Source: a virus | Virus record (IMG/VR): IMGVR_UViG_3300022839_000007 | Location: 64,001-128,000 of that record | DNA length: 64,000 nucleotides | Reading direction: 5' to 3' (one strand) | Shown here: piece by piece, positions 10,275-19,999 of the stretch | How the letters are laid out: each line of letters opens with the position of its first letter | Position numbering within the stretch: the stretch's first letter is position 1 | Notes under the pieces: generated by a model | The model's database searches: none | What the model was told of the DNA's origin: nothing | What the model saw: the letters and a program-made list of their open reading frames with translations, nothing else | Translations under genes and position numbers: made by a program

Positions 10275-10795
10275 AATATGCGATTACCGGGCATACTAGC
10301 GGTATCGGGCATGAATTATTTAAACAATTGTCGCCTGATATTATAGGATTTAGTAAAACAACAGGATATGATATTTGCCAAACTAAAGATAGGCAACAAA
10401 TCATTGACGAATCTTACGAATGCGACATATTTATTAATAACGCACATAACGGCTATTGCCAAACAGAGATGTTATACGAAGTGTTTAATACATGGAAAGA
10501 TATGGATAAATTAATAATTAATATAGGAAGCGATACAACTTGTGGAATAAAAAACAAAGCTTGGCAATATAGTGCCGAAAAAGCAGCATTAGATAAGGCA
10601 AATGAGCAACTTGGATTTTTAAAGAAAGCTTGCAAAGTATCTATGGTACGATTTGGATTTGTAGGAACACCAAGAATTATAGAATATTTTAATCCAAAAA
10701 CATTTATAACACTTGAAGACTCGGCTAAAATTATAATATGTCAACTGCCTTGGATGAAAAAATATAGATTATTAGACTTTACAATAACATCTTAA
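10271..10795 (+). CDS. Short-chain dehydrogenase/reductase
   Basis: TGHTSGIG, FINNA, NIGS, YSAEK. Confidence 0.85.
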   Translation: MKYAITGHTSGIGHELFKQLSPDIIGFSKTTGYDICQTKDRQQIIDESYECDIFINNAHNGYCQTEMLYEVFNTWKDMDKLIINIGSDTTCGIKNKAWQYSAEKAALDKANEQLGFLKKACKVSMVRFGFVGTPRIIEYFNPKTFITLEDSAKIIICQLPWMKKYRLLDFTITS

Positions 10796-10805
10796 TGGAA
10801 TATTA

Positions 10806-11420
10806 ATGAATATATCAAATAATTTTAACACAACAAATTTTAATCAACTCTTATCTTTGCCTATATTGGACTTACAAGACGAACTGGTCAAATTAAAAGA
10901 TGCAGGACTAGTTAATTGGTTTCAAAAATCTAATGGCGAATATATAGCAGATCAAATATGCATCACCTCGATAAACGGTCAGGAGGATAATATATTTTAC
11001 GGGCGAGGCAGTTTATATCTTGATTGGGATAATTCGTATAATGATAGCAAAGGTAATTTACAAGCTCCTTTACGAGATACTCCGTTGCAAGAGATAGATT
11101 TTTGTAAATTATGCACGCCATTTATTGGTACATTATTTGAAACAGCATTTATTGCACTAACTGAAAAATATCACATTGGACGGATGCGGGTAATGAATAG
11201 TAAACCAAAGACATGTCTCACTTGGCATATCGATGACACTTACCGCATACATTATCCTATGAAAACACAAGAAGGATGCTTTATGGTAATCGAAGACGAA
11301 ATACGCCATTTACCTAAATACACTTGGTGGGAAACAGATACGCTTAAATCTCACACTGCATTTAATGCAAGCACACAAATTCGAACGCACTTGGTTGTTA
11401 ATGTAATTGGCACAAAATAA
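10806..11420 (+). CDS. 2OG-Fe(II) oxygenase (AspH-like)
   Basis: WHIDD (HxD), HTAFN, RTHLV. Confidence 0.8.
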   Translation: MNISNNFNTTNFNQLLSLPILDLQDELVKLKDAGLVNWFQKSNGEYIADQICITSINGQEDNIFYGRGSLYLDWDNSYNDSKGNLQAPLRDTPLQEIDFCKLCTPFIGTLFETAFIALTEKYHIGRMRVMNSKPKTCLTWHIDDTYRIHYPMKTQEGCFMVIEDEIRHLPKYTWWETDTLKSHTAFNASTQIRTHLVVNVIGTK

Positions 11421-11917
11421 TGAATTTTGATATTATTAAGTTAACACAGTATTACGATATAGAAAAATTAACAGTTGACGTTTTAAAATTAGTTCAGGAC
11501 AATACAACTTCGGTGACTCTCTCAAGTACTATGACAGACTTTGATATGTATACTTCTCATACTACTCCGTTGCAAGGCACGGCAGTTTTAGAATCCGATT
11601 TTACACATTTACATCCGTCATTGCGTAATACGGTATTTGAAGAAATTTGGAAGAATAATATAGACACAATTGGACGATTTAGAATTATGATATTACAACC
11701 AAATACGTCGTATTTGCCCCATTTTGATGCCGATTACAGACACCATTTGGCTGTAATCACCAACCCGGATGCGGTGCTTCAAATTAATAACTGTAACTAT
11801 CACCTTCCTTCAGATGGATCTGTGTATCTCTGTAATACTAGAAAATTACATACTGCAATAAACAACGGAGTAACTAGAAGAATACATTTAGTTTGGAATG
11901 ATAGGAATTGTGAATGA
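11420..11917 (+). CDS. 2OG-Fe(II) oxygenase (AspH-like)
   Basis: PHFD, HTAIN, RIHLV. Confidence 0.8.
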   Translation: MNFDIIKLTQYYDIEKLTVDVLKLVQDNTTSVTLSSTMTDFDMYTSHTTPLQGTAVLESDFTHLHPSLRNTVFEEIWKNNIDTIGRFRIMILQPNTSYLPHFDADYRHHLAVITNPDAVLQINNCNYHLPSDGSVYLCNTRKLHTAINNGVTRRIHLVWNDRNCE

Positions 11918-12723
11918 TAACGGTATACGAAGATGGAACTCGATGCGTTACATACTGTGATTCAACTTACTACGATCTAGCAGAGTTTTCTAGTAATAAA
12001 AACATTATACTACTTAGCGGCGGCATAGATTCGCAATCGTTGATATCTTACTTTACAATAAATAATATTTCGTTTATTGCATATTTCTTTGATTATGGAA
12101 TTAATAAGTACGATAAGGATTATGCAATTAAATTTAAAACCAATGTACTTAAATTTAATTTAGATGATTTATATTTTAACAAAGAAATACATAAATATTA
12201 TTCTAAATTTTGCGAATGCACTAGTCCTCAACTAGCTGTACATATTTACGGCATAGACTGCTTATTTAAAAAATATCCAGATTATAACATTATAATGCCA
12301 GGAATGCCTTTATTTTTTAATTTAAACGATGATAATAGTATAGCAAATTCGTTACCCGACTTTACTCAATTATCGTATCTGCGATACAAAGAAAAAACAA
12401 ATAGTAAATTATATCCATATTTTTGGGCAGAAAGTAAGCAAGGCCAAGAAATGCTTAACTCGGCAACACAGTTAAATTTTTCTATCACCGACTATCAAAA
12501 AAAAATATTATTATATCGAGAATTAAATCTTGACATTTCTCCTCAAGAAATCAAAAAAACTGGATTTGAGGAATACAAAGACTACTTAAAAAAAGAAAAA
12601 TTAATAGACTATAATAAAGAGTTTAGACGACCGATATCAAAAGAAAAAAAATGCATTGGAGTATTTGAAGATTCGCTAATGTCGGCCAAATTAAAAAACT
12701 ATATTAATGACTGGAAAGCTTAA
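11914..12723 (+). CDS. PP-loop ATPase, asparagine-synthetase C-domain-like
   Basis: LLSGGIDS; C-terminal KKTGFE; paralog of 13361..14317. Confidence 0.65.
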   Translation: MITVYEDGTRCVTYCDSTYYDLAEFSSNKNIILLSGGIDSQSLISYFTINNISFIAYFFDYGINKYDKDYAIKFKTNVLKFNLDDLYFNKEIHKYYSKFCECTSPQLAVHIYGIDCLFKKYPDYNIIMPGMPLFFNLNDDNSIANSLPDFTQLSYLRYKEKTNSKLYPYFWAESKQGQEMLNSATQLNFSITDYQKKILLYRELNLDISPQEIKKTGFEEYKDYLKKEKLIDYNKEFRRPISKEKKCIGVFEDSLMSAKLKNYINDWKA

Positions 12724-13388
12724 TGATAGAAAATATTGCATCAGTTCCACTACTAGTAAAAAGTCAATTTAAGTCTATTGTACTCGAGAATATGATAGAC
12801 TCTCTCGAGTATGCTCAAGGGTGTATAATAGACGATACCGGCAAACTATTTAAGTGGAATCGAGCCGAATATTGTTTGTATTATAACAATATTGATAATA
12901 CTATTCCTGCCAATTGGAGCACAAATATAGAACAGGTTAAATTGCATACTGCATTTGTAACTAGTGAAGTTACCCGTTTGCGTAAATATATAGTTAACAA
13001 CCTGCCTATTGATGTGTCGTATATTTCAATTCAAAAATCAAAAGGAAATCTATATCCGCATTTTGATATCACTGACCAGTCAACAGTAACTACATTACCA
13101 ACAGATTTGTCTTTAATAAAAATAATGCTAGATGCAAATACTTCAATTGATAAATTATATTTTACAAATGGCATAAGTAACTTTTATTTTACAAAAAATC
13201 ATTTGCCACTCGATACAAATATATTTGCATGGAGTTCTAAACGATATAAACACGGAGTAACTGATCTGACTCTAGATGCTAATCGAATACTTATTAACAT
13301 ATATGGTACATTTAATCATAATAACTATTATAACCTAATACAGGAGAGTATTAAACAATATCAACATGTAGCATTAAGAGTAGTATGA
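12723..13388 (+). CDS. 2OG-Fe(II) oxygenase-like protein
   Basis: PHFD..KHGV..RILINIYG. Confidence 0.6.
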   Translation: MIENIASVPLLVKSQFKSIVLENMIDSLEYAQGCIIDDTGKLFKWNRAEYCLYYNNIDNTIPANWSTNIEQVKLHTAFVTSEVTRLRKYIVNNLPIDVSYISIQKSKGNLYPHFDITDQSTVTTLPTDLSLIKIMLDANTSIDKLYFTNGISNFYFTKNHLPLDTNIFAWSSKRYKHGVTDLTLDANRILINIYGTFNHNNYYNLIQESIKQYQHVALRVV

Positions 13389-14317
13389 TACTCATCTAGA
13401 AACTCTATTATAATTTTAGTTTCGTAACCTATTTTAAAATCTTCAATTATTTTTGAAAAATTCCATATATTATATGTTTTTCTTAATTCTTCTAGCCCGG
13501 TTAATTTTAGCCTTCTAAGGGGTATATTACAATATCCGAGTTCTTGGTAAAGAGTTTTCTTGTCGGCATATAAAAAACAATTATAATTTAAAAGTGCAGA
13601 ATGTACTAGGTCCGACTGTAAATTGTTAGCTAATAAAAACGAGGATGTTATCGAAATCTTTTGAACTTTACTCCACCGATCTAACGCACATATATTATCC
13701 GATGGATACGAAAATTTAAGTTCATTATTAACTATTGCAGGCTCAGGAATATCGCCGGAAATAACTAAATGACAGTCGTTGCTAAGTTTAAGACAGTCTA
13801 ACGAATACAGAAACAACATAACTTCAGGAAATGACGTGCGGTACCTAAGCCCGTACCAAAGGTGATGATTACTATTAAAAAAGTTAGTAGCATCGATTTT
13901 TATGTAATTTATTTTAAAATTAGCCGGTAACGTTCTCTGTAAATCTAAGTAATCCTCTTTATTACAAGTATAGTCAAAAAAGACCAACTGAACAATTGAT
14001 GCAACTGGGAGGAATGATCTAATAAGCATTTCGCTATCAATTCCTCCGGATACTAATAATATGATAGTTTTTTTAGTTTCTGTAAGATTGCGGGCATAAT
14101 TGTATGCATGATGTAAAAATGACGAATGCTGATCAGAAAACGAAGTACTAACGTTCCAAGCAAAAGCTGTATTAAATTTAAAATCTACCAACCCGATCTC
14201 ATCTATATATCCGTATGATAGTGGGTTATTGTTAATATTAAAGTTTTCGTTAAATCCATAATACATGTTATTATAGCAAATTGATCCCGTTCTAGGAGTT
14301 TTACTTACAGAAAACAT
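13361..14317 (-). CDS. PP-loop ATPase, asparagine-synthetase C-domain-like
   Basis: LVSGGIDSE; KLTGLE. Confidence 0.65.
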   Translation of the reverse strand: MFSVSKTPRTGSICYNNMYYGFNENFNINNNPLSYGYIDEIGLVDFKFNTAFAWNVSTSFSDQHSSFLHHAYNYARNLTETKKTIILLVSGGIDSEMLIRSFLPVASIVQLVFFDYTCNKEDYLDLQRTLPANFKINYIKIDATNFFNSNHHLWYGLRYRTSFPEVMLFLYSLDCLKLSNDCHLVISGDIPEPAIVNNELKFSYPSDNICALDRWSKVQKISITSSFLLANNLQSDLVHSALLNYNCFLYADKKTLYQELGYCNIPLRRLKLTGLEELRKTYNIWNFSKIIEDFKIGYETKIIIEFLDEYHTTLNATC

Positions 14318-15126
14318 TAAAACTTTTTTGATAATATGGAGAATTCATAGTTATTTTTTTTAATTGGATTAATAGTAAATGTCTGGGTTTCGGATCCAGC
14401 TGTAATACAAATATCCACTATCTTGTTAGTGTGTCCTAATAAAAATCCATCTCGAAAAGTAATTCCCTGAGGTAAATTTTCTGCAACTGCATTAGGGGCT
14501 GATGTAATTAAGAATCCAAACAATTCGTTACTCTTTACTTCAAATTCGTGTAGATTATTAAAGTTCCATATTGGCATAGTTATCTCCTTCTGTATATTTA
14601 TCTTACTAGCATAGCCGAATGCATAAAAGTCGCCCAATATAAAGCTGTTATCCTTTAACAATTGACTAATTATTTTAATTGGAGACACTAGGCGGTACCA
14701 TTGCATGTCGACATCGCAATATTTAAAATAACATTTTCCAGTTAAATCCATAGAAGATATTGGAGTAACGTTAGGATGTATTCCTGGAAAATTACAATGA
14801 TCGGAAATATTATTAAACGAGCAGTACAGTTGATCTTTAGAAAAATTGTACATAAGTTGGTCTATTCTAGTTGACACCGCACTACTTCCAAACGGCATAA
14901 ACACTGGATTTTTGATGTCCGACTTTAATATGTTTAACAAAATAGAATGCACCGAATCTTCAGTAAAGTTAGTAGGAATTACATGTACGTTAATATCAAA
15001 TTTTGTAAAGGAGAGTGCAGTGAAATATAGATGCGAATTGTGAATAACGGATTGCGTTTCAAAACTTACATTAGAATTATTAATTCTAATAGGATAATAC
15101 CCATCAATTAGTATTGGAGAAAGCAA
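14317..15126 (-). CDS. Hypothetical protein, weak resemblance to degenerate subtilase (S8) fold
   Basis: LIDG..HNSH..FMPFG..FPGIHPNVTPISSMD spacing; no GTSMA motif. Confidence 0.4.
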   Translation of the reverse strand: MLSPILIDGYYPIRINNSNVSFETQSVIHNSHLYFTALSFTKFDINVHVIPTNFTEDSVHSILLNILKSDIKNPVFMPFGSSAVSTRIDQLMYNFSKDQLYCSFNNISDHCNFPGIHPNVTPISSMDLTGKCYFKYCDVDMQWYRLVSPIKIISQLLKDNSFILGDFYAFGYASKINIQKEITMPIWNFNNLHEFEVKSNELFGFLITSAPNAVAENLPQGITFRDGFLLGHTNKIVDICITAGSETQTFTINPIKKNNYEFSILSKKF

Positions 15127-15598
15127 TATAACAGTCTGTCATCTGATTGTTAATTTTAAAATAGCTAGGAATAGGTCCTACTATTTTAAAATTAAGCTTT
15201 GTTAATAATGCAATACTAGCCAAGTTATCAATATCAATTGTGCATTTAACTCGATTAATATTTGCATCGGCTAAGAATCTATCAAGATTAGCTTTTAAAA
15301 TACTGGTAGTAATTCCTTGCGAAGCATATTCTTCATCGATGCAATATGACAGCGATCCTGATTTATAAAATGTGCGATTAATTTCTTCAATATAGTACAT
15401 GCCTATTATTATATTGTTATATTTTAAACAATATACTAGCATTTTTTTTTTATTAATCATCTCGTAAATTAATGAAAAAAAGTTTTCGTCTTTATAAGAT
15501 GGCAAGTTATCAAATTTTTTAAAATACGATATATTTTTATCATAAAATTTAATTATATTAAAATTATCAAACTGTGTAATAGGCTCTAACAAATACAT
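15104..15598 (-). CDS. GNAT N-acetyltransferase (RimJ/RimL-like)
   Basis: SYCIDEEYASQGIT; NLASIALLTKLNF. Confidence 0.8.
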   Translation of the reverse strand: MYLLEPITQFDNFNIIKFYDKNISYFKKFDNLPSYKDENFFSLIYEMINKKKMLVYCLKYNNIIIGMYYIEEINRTFYKSGSLSYCIDEEYASQGITTSILKANLDRFLADANINRVKCTIDIDNLASIALLTKLNFKIVGPIPSYFKINNQMTDCYIAFSNTN

Positions 15599-16051
15599 TT
15601 ATAACTCCATAATAGCATAACAATTTGGACCAAATTCGACATTTTTATTAAAAAATTTTCCTATCTTTTTAAATCCAAATTTTTCATAACTATACAACGA
15701 AGTCTTGCGCGGAATTGTCCATAATATTTTACATTTTTCATTAGTTGCTTGAATTTTTATTTGGTTAAGTAACATTTTACTTAATCCTCTACCACGAAAT
15801 GATTCGTCGATCCACAATCCACGAGTCCGATATTCAGACTCCTGAGTTCGATGACCAGATATTACTCCAACAATAGTATTGTTAAATTTAATGCAAAAAA
15901 AACTAGGAATATACTTACGATATATTTCCATGTCGTACCCGCTACTCAACATCATACTGCTCATACTATTAATAGGAGAAATACGCCCCGGCCACAAAAT
16001 TTTCCAAAAAGGAAGAGTAGCATCAAACGTAGATGTATGACAGTTAACCAA
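15599..16051 (-). CDS. GNAT N-acetyltransferase
   Basis: LWIDESFRGRGL acetyl-CoA motif; YEKFGF. Confidence 0.85.
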   Translation of the reverse strand: MVNCHTSTFDATLPFWKILWPGRISPINSMSSMMLSSGYDMEIYRKYIPSFFCIKFNNTIVGVISGHRTQESEYRTRGLWIDESFRGRGLSKMLLNQIKIQATNEKCKILWTIPRKTSLYSYEKFGFKKIGKFFNKNVEFGPNCYAIMEL

Positions 16052-16934
16052 CAGTTCCGTCGTCGAGGTTAATCCATGTATTATTTTGATATCCTTGAAA
16101 TCGATTATCAGTAGAGTTGTAAACTACCATTCCGTTTTGTCCAACCGGACGAGTAGCAGTAGTATATAATCCAAATTGCATATATCCCACTGACATTGCT
16201 TCGGAGACTTGCCCAGTACCGCTAACAATTAAGTTGCCACGAACATCTAGAGCGGAACTAGGAGTTAACGTACCGATTCCAAAATATTCCCCGGTCCATG
16301 TTGCATATGAACTACTATTTGCAAATGAACCAGATTGATCAACTCCTAGAGCAATCCATGCATCGCCTCCTGATATACTAGATTTTATTAACTTACCGTT
16401 GATGTCATTTTTTTCAAACATGATTCTACCGTAAACTAACGAGTTGTTTGTTAATGTACCAGCGGATGTTGCAGTAAATGTTACACTACTCGCATTATCC
16501 TGTGATTCAATTGCTAAGTTAGTACTATCTGCATTATTAGTTGTAATAACTACTCCGGCTGCCGGCACATTAATAATACTAGTATTAATAGTACCAGTGA
16601 TTACTCCTGTAGATGTATCTACTAATATAGTGCTATCATCGCCTATTATGTTAAATCTATAAGAGCTACCTTCGATTATTTCATTATTTCCTGGAACAAA
16701 CTGTGTACCGTTCCATTCTAATACATCTCCAACTAGCAAAGGAGTACTTGATATATCAACATCCGTTAGCTGATCAATACCAAATAGTGCAATATTGTTA
16801 ATAAGATTACCGCCTACTGTTGCACCGTCACCTGCATAAAGTCCTTTAGTGTCAGTGACGTAGATTAACTCGCCTTCTTGCGGAATAATTGTTAATCTTT
16901 CAGCATCAACGCCGCGTCTTAGTCTTAAAGCCAT
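16044..16934 (-). CDS. Tail fibre/virion protein with Mtd_N-like N-terminus
   Basis: LRLRRG..PQEGELIYVTDTKGLYAGDG; GIGTLTPSSALDV; GMVVYNS; late promoter upstream. Confidence 0.7.
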   Translation of the reverse strand: MALRLRRGVDAERLTIIPQEGELIYVTDTKGLYAGDGATVGGNLINNIALFGIDQLTDVDISSTPLLVGDVLEWNGTQFVPGNNEIIEGSSYRFNIIGDDSTILVDTSTGVITGTINTSIINVPAAGVVITTNNADSTNLAIESQDNASSVTFTATSAGTLTNNSLVYGRIMFEKNDINGKLIKSSISGGDAWIALGVDQSGSFANSSSYATWTGEYFGIGTLTPSSALDVRGNLIVSGTGQVSEAMSVGYMQFGLYTTATRPVGQNGMVVYNSTDNRFQGYQNNTWINLDDGTVG

Positions 16935-16940
16935 TAGAAT

Positions 16941-16981
16941 CTCCTAAAGTGATTGCTTTAATATATTTATCACTTTAGGAG
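16941..16981 (-). promoter_or_regulatory. Late promoter (GATAAATA, 16964-16971) inside a 13-bp hairpin that sequesters the SD of the tail-fibre-like gene
   Basis: Minus strand CTCCTAAAGTGAT-aaatatattaaagca-ATCACTTTAGGAG-attcta-ATG. Confidence 0.75.
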
Positions 16982-16986
16982 GTTTG

Positions 16987-17298
16987 TCATTTATTTAATT
17001 TAAGAAATTTGTAGACACGTTTGCTAAGATCTTTTTTGACTCGTTCTATATCTAATCTAAAATCTAAAGATTCGATAGTATCGTCAAACTCGTCAAATAC
17101 GTCGTCAAGGCTATCTTCAATTTCTTCAACAGTTTGATTTTTGCGACTATCGTCTATGTCGATATCCCATGTGGTTCCGTCAACAAAGGTAATAACAATT
17201 TGACTAACGTATTCGATAGGAAGATGCTGGATATCAATTTCGTCTAGTATCTTTTCCCAGTCGTTGTCTTCAACCGGTAAACTATTAGGCTTTGGCAC
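16987..17298 (-). CDS. Conserved acidic hypothetical phage protein
   Basis: WEKILDEID..PIEYV..LDIERVK; GTG 17298 preferred over track start 17391. Confidence 0.65.
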   Translation of the reverse strand: MPKPNSLPVEDNDWEKILDEIDIQHLPIEYVSQIVITFVDGTTWDIDIDDSRKNQTVEEIEDSLDDVFDEFDDTIESLDFRLDIERVKKDLSKRVYKFLKLNK

Positions 17299-17884
17299 TA
17301 GCAGGTTTCTTTGCAGCAGTTGGTTTTTTTTCAGTTGTAGACATAGCTTCTGCTTGCTTACGTAATGCCTGCGCTTCTTTAAACATTGCATCTGCAGTTG
17401 ACCTTAACTTGACAGCCATTTCTGCGGATGTAAGCGCAACTTCTGCTACAGGAGCAGCAACACTAGTATCACTTGCAACCACCGCCTTTACACCGTTGCC
17501 TTTGACAGCAAGATCGTCGATAGACACGCCTTTTTGTTGTGCAATTATCTCGTTAAGTTCGTTTAACATAATCGAAGAGTGATTATTTGGAATCATCTCA
17601 ACCTCGTTGGTTGCAACTTTTTTAAGTTGTCCCGTCCGATGAAATCCTGCTAGCATATTTCTTCCATCCGGTAGGTATGCTCTGCTCATTGCATCTGCTA
17701 GTTCGTCAGATTGTTGTCCGGCAGGGGACTCAACTATTTTAATAAGAGCATCGTGCTCGTCTGCCGGTAATGATTCAGTAAGTACAACGAGCGCACTGTA
17801 TGGATCATTCGGAATAGTACGATATGCAACAATTGCACGTCTCTTATTATTCTTAAGTCTGCCTACATGTTTAATATTAGCCAT
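17285..17884 (-). CDS. Hypothetical phage protein
   Basis: 199-aa ORF with GGAG SD. Confidence 0.8.
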   Translation of the reverse strand: MANIKHVGRLKNNKRRAIVAYRTIPNDPYSALVVLTESLPADEHDALIKIVESPAGQQSDELADAMSRAYLPDGRNMLAGFHRTGQLKKVATNEVEMIPNNHSSIMLNELNEIIAQQKGVSIDDLAVKGNGVKAVVASDTSVAAPVAEVALTSAEMAVKLRSTADAMFKEAQALRKQAEAMSTTEKKPTAAKKPASAKA

Positions 17885-18131
17885 TTGTTTCTCCGATAGG
17901 TGTTACTGCATTAACAGCAGGCACTGGTGCAGATTCCTGTGCTACGTTAGCAGCTTTTTGTTGTTCTTCAACTGCTTTTAAAAACAGCTCAAGTTTGTTA
18001 TAGATAATACCAACGGCTGCCATTTCCCCCGGTTTAAACGTACTACGTTCGCTGGCAATTTCAATAATGCCTTTCATTGTAGCAAGGTCTTGTATGGTAA
18101 GGTCGTTTGGATTATTTTCAGTAGTAGGCAT
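17877..18131 (-). CDS. Hypothetical phage protein
   Basis: AAGGAG SD before ATG 18131; DLTIQDL..FKPGEM. Confidence 0.75.
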   Translation of the reverse strand: MPTTENNPNDLTIQDLATMKGIIEIASERSTFKPGEMAAVGIIYNKLELFLKAVEEQQKAANVAQESAPVPAVNAVTPIGETNG

Positions 18132-18169
18132 AGTTTTCTCCTTGTAAAGTATATACCGCGATAATAGTT

Positions 18170-18448
18170 TTAATATTTCAAATGTGGACAAGCTAACATA
18201 AAGTAACTCATTTCTTTGGGATTCTCAAACGCAATATTCATCTTTTGTTTTAATCCAGATGTAGTACTAGTATCTACAATTAGTCCAATATAATACTTTC
18301 CTGATAAGTTAGAATAAATCCACTCGTCGATTGCAGAATTTAAATTGTAACTCGGAATAATAGTAGTACTTTCAAAGTACGGAGGACAAAATTCTACCCG
18401 TCGTAATCCTAGCACATTAAGGGGATTTACTTTTCCCTTCTCTAACAT
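18170..18448 (-). CDS. Hypothetical phage protein
   Basis: AAGGAG SD; ORF 92 aa. Confidence 0.75.
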   Translation of the reverse strand: MLEKGKVNPLNVLGLRRVEFCPPYFESTTIIPSYNLNSAIDEWIYSNLSGKYYIGLIVDTSTTSGLKQKMNIAFENPKEMSYFMLACPHLKY

Positions 18449-18561
18449 TGAGGCTCCTTACTTGATATGTATTATAATCTATATTAACATTTAATAGATA
18501 GCGTTGTTACTAAAGTATTTATTTCTTGAACTAACACCCTACTATGTTTTTGAGATTAGAG

Positions 18562-18596
18562 ATAACTCAAGGGCTCTACTAGAGCCCTTGAGTTAT
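18562..18596. terminator. Perfect 16-bp hairpin downstream of the vWA gene
   Basis: ATAACTCAAGGGCTCT-ACT-AGAGCCCTTGAGTTAT; no clear U tract. Confidence 0.55.
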
Positions 18597-18613
18597 TATA
18601 TATTGCACCGTAT

Positions 18614-19891
18614 TTAGGCAGCGTCGTAATGCGCAGTAACTCCAAACGGCCCTTCGAGATTTTTATCACTGTTACTATGAATGATAAAGATAGTATCACA
18701 ATAATCTGGATCACCCCAAGAATTCCAAGCATATCCATCAGTAAACATAATGAACTTTTTAGGTACAATATCTTGATTCTTCATGTAAGTCCAGTTTGCC
18801 ATGAAGTCAGTGCCGCCACCGCCCATAATATGATATTCAGTAAGATCCGACCCGTTATCAGAACTAAAATCTTGTTCGTTATACACTTTGGTATCAAAGC
18901 ACCATAGTTTAATTTTATAGTCTTGATACTCGTCCATAATACCTTTAATTTCACCAAGGAAGTCGGCTGCCTGTTCGTTACCAATACTACCGCTCATATC
19001 CAAGCAGATACACAAGTCAATTGTATCCTGGAATGACATTCCAGGCAAAATTGCTCCGCTCATTTGTCCTCTACGGCTAGGGCGAGAAAATGTATAATCA
19101 CTTTTGATAGTGCTCTGAATTTGTTGACGAAGTAGCTCACGCCAGTTCATCTTTGACTCGGACATTTCTTTAATCATACGCTGAATACCAGCAGGTACAT
19201 TACCAGCGCCTGCTGCACTAGCTGCTTGAATCATAGCTTCTTTGATCTCGTCTCTAATTTGATCAAGTTCTGCCTTACTATAAGTAGGACGTCCGGACCC
19301 GTCGCTATTTTTAACTTCGCCGTCTTCGCCCTCGAGGTCAAGATGCTCGTCAAGCATTTCGCCAAGTGCATCAATTGCACTTTGACCATTTTTGTCTTTC
19401 TCTTTTTTTAGGTCGTCGTATACTTCTTCGCTTGCCCAGCCACGGTACTTAAAATCTTGATAGCAATCAACGATGCGAGGCTTACGTCCAATACGGTCAT
19501 CTACTAGTAAATTGTTTACAATATAGTCAGCTGCAATGTTATACAATCGAGGGTCTCGAGAGTCGCGACGCCCAAGATGATTGTAAACCATATGTAAAAT
19601 TTCGTGTGCAACTACAAATTCAACTTCTTTGTTATCCATTGCATTAAAAAATTGCGTATTGTAGAACAAATGGCGACCGTCGACTGCCGCAGTAGGAAGC
19701 CAATCGTCTGCGGCCCGAATCTTCAAACGAGTTGCCATGTTTCCAAAAAACGGATGCCGTAGTAGCAATCCTACTCGGGCAGTAATAATACGCTCCTGAA
19801 CCTCAACTTGCATCTTTGCAAGTTGTTCAGGAGTAATGTTAGGATCGGGCTTCCAGCCACGTGTGGTGCTTGCAGTCTTTTTACTAGACAT
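18614..19891 (-). CDS. Metallopeptidase-like + vWA domain protein (MoxR partner)
   Basis: AHEILH (HExxH); DMSGS MIDAS, GGGGTDF, FTDG. Confidence 0.9.
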   Translation of the reverse strand: MSSKKTASTTRGWKPDPNITPEQLAKMQVEVQERIITARVGLLLRHPFFGNMATRLKIRAADDWLPTAAVDGRHLFYNTQFFNAMDNKEVEFVVAHEILHMVYNHLGRRDSRDPRLYNIAADYIVNNLLVDDRIGRKPRIVDCYQDFKYRGWASEEVYDDLKKEKDKNGQSAIDALGEMLDEHLDLEGEDGEVKNSDGSGRPTYSKAELDQIRDEIKEAMIQAASAAGAGNVPAGIQRMIKEMSESKMNWRELLRQQIQSTIKSDYTFSRPSRRGQMSGAILPGMSFQDTIDLCICLDMSGSIGNEQAADFLGEIKGIMDEYQDYKIKLWCFDTKVYNEQDFSSDNGSDLTEYHIMGGGGTDFMANWTYMKNQDIVPKKFIMFTDGYAWNSWGDPDYCDTIFIIHSNSDKNLEGPFGVTAHYDAA

Positions 19892-19923
19892 TGTATAACC
19901 TCATTGTTTGTTGCTAATATAGT

Positions 19924-19952
19924 AATGTAACATCATTTACTTAATAAGTCAA
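19924..19952 (-). promoter_or_regulatory. sigma70-type promoter
   Basis: TTGACT-N17-TACATT upstream of the vWA gene. Confidence 0.55.
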
Positions 19953-19965
19953 CTTGTATATAGGA

Positions 19966-19994
19966 TAGCGGGCATTTTTTAAAAATGCCCGCTA
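19966..19994. terminator. Palindromic hairpin downstream of the MoxR gene
   Basis: TAGCGGGCATTTTT-T-AAAAATGCCCGCTA. Confidence 0.55.
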
Positions 19995-19999
19995 ACATC

